Source: an uncultured Gemmatimonadales bacterium (GTDB taxonomy: Bacteria > Gemmatimonadota > Gemmatimonadetes > Gemmatimonadales > GWC2-71-9). From it: DNA of 64,000 nt. The stretch lies in NCBI GenBank assembly GCA_963748815.1, contig CAVVKJ010000014.1, positions 139,262 to 203,261 of the forward strand, written 5' to 3'. Under the pieces are notes generated by a model that had not been told where the DNA came from, did no database searches, and was given only the letters and a program-made list of their open reading frames with translations. The first letter of the stretch is position 1. Each line of letters begins with the position of its first letter. Position numbers and translations under genes: made by a program. Shown piece by piece: positions 63,291-64,000 of the stretch.

Positions 63291-64000
63291 GTGACCCTCA
63301 ACTCCCCGCTTCGGCTCGCAAGTTCGCTCTTCGAGGCCTCCTTTGCCAGTCGCCCGGCGGCGGGTGCCTCGGCCCCCGGCCGCGTCAACCTGCTGGGGGA
63401 GCACACCGACTATAACGGCGGGCCGGTGCTGCCCTTCGCGATACCCCGGCGGACGGTCGTGCTCGCCGGGCGGGCAGAGGGGTGGACGGCGGTGTCCGCG
63501 GTGGATGGAATTCCGCTCCCGTTCGACCCGGCGGCGACCCCCGAGCGGCGCTGGACCGACTACCTCGGTGGGGTGGTGCGGGTGCTGCAGGACGTCGGCG
63601 CCGCGCCCGCCGGCGCATGCCTTGCGGTCGCCAGCGCGGTACCCATTGGCGCGGGGTTGTCCTCCTCGGCGGCGTTGTCGGTGGCGGCGGCCCTGGTGTC
63701 GCAACTGGCCGGCCGCCGGCTGTCACGGGAGGCGCTTGCGGAGGTCGCCTACCACGCCGAGCACGATGTCGTCGGGGTGCAGTGCGGGCGGATGGACCAG
63801 TAGATGATCGCGGCGCACGCGACGGCGCGGCATGCGGCACTGATCGAGACCGCGGACCGGACCGTCGCGCAGATTCCCTTCGATGCGCCGGTGCTGCTGG
63901 TGGAGACGGGGGTGTCGCACCGCCTGGCGGACAGCGAGTACAATCGTCGCCGGGCAGAGTGCGGTGCCGCGTCGAGGCGTGCCGTGCGGCGGGGGTGGAT
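63291..64000 (+). CDS. galK: Galactokinase (3'-truncated, internal TAG near 63801 probably error)
   Basis: APGRVNLLGEHTDYN, PIGAGLSSSAA, CGRMDQ. Confidence 0.92.

Overview
High-GC bacterial chromosome segment. Gene order and protein families are most compatible with Gemmatimonadota (inference). About 20.6-64 kb is a mostly + strand housekeeping run: obgE, dprA, hemW-hrcA-dnaJ-prmA-rsmE-HIT, rpsU-yqeY-mutS2-dnaG, recJ-rsmD-coaD-pta, a STAS/RsbW/RsbU module, rsmA, rex, infC-rpmI-rplT-pheST-zapA-rny-folD-xseAB-ispA-dxs-nadK-recN and galK. Indels become dense after ~51.9 kb and are almost certainly assembly error. The first 20.5 kb is accessory. It holds two tRNA genes (Ile2-CAT, Val-CAC), each followed by a tiny integrase-free islet closed by a direct repeat of the tRNA 3' part, with the tRNA-downstream hairpin also duplicated. 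It also holds a Tat-TldD/TldE-MoxR-DUF58-BatA-DUF4159 operon and a cluster of stand-alone genes separated by decayed attC-like palindromes. Regulatory signals include a perfect Rex operator, a structured infC leader with terminator and CTG start, and several probable leaderless promoters.
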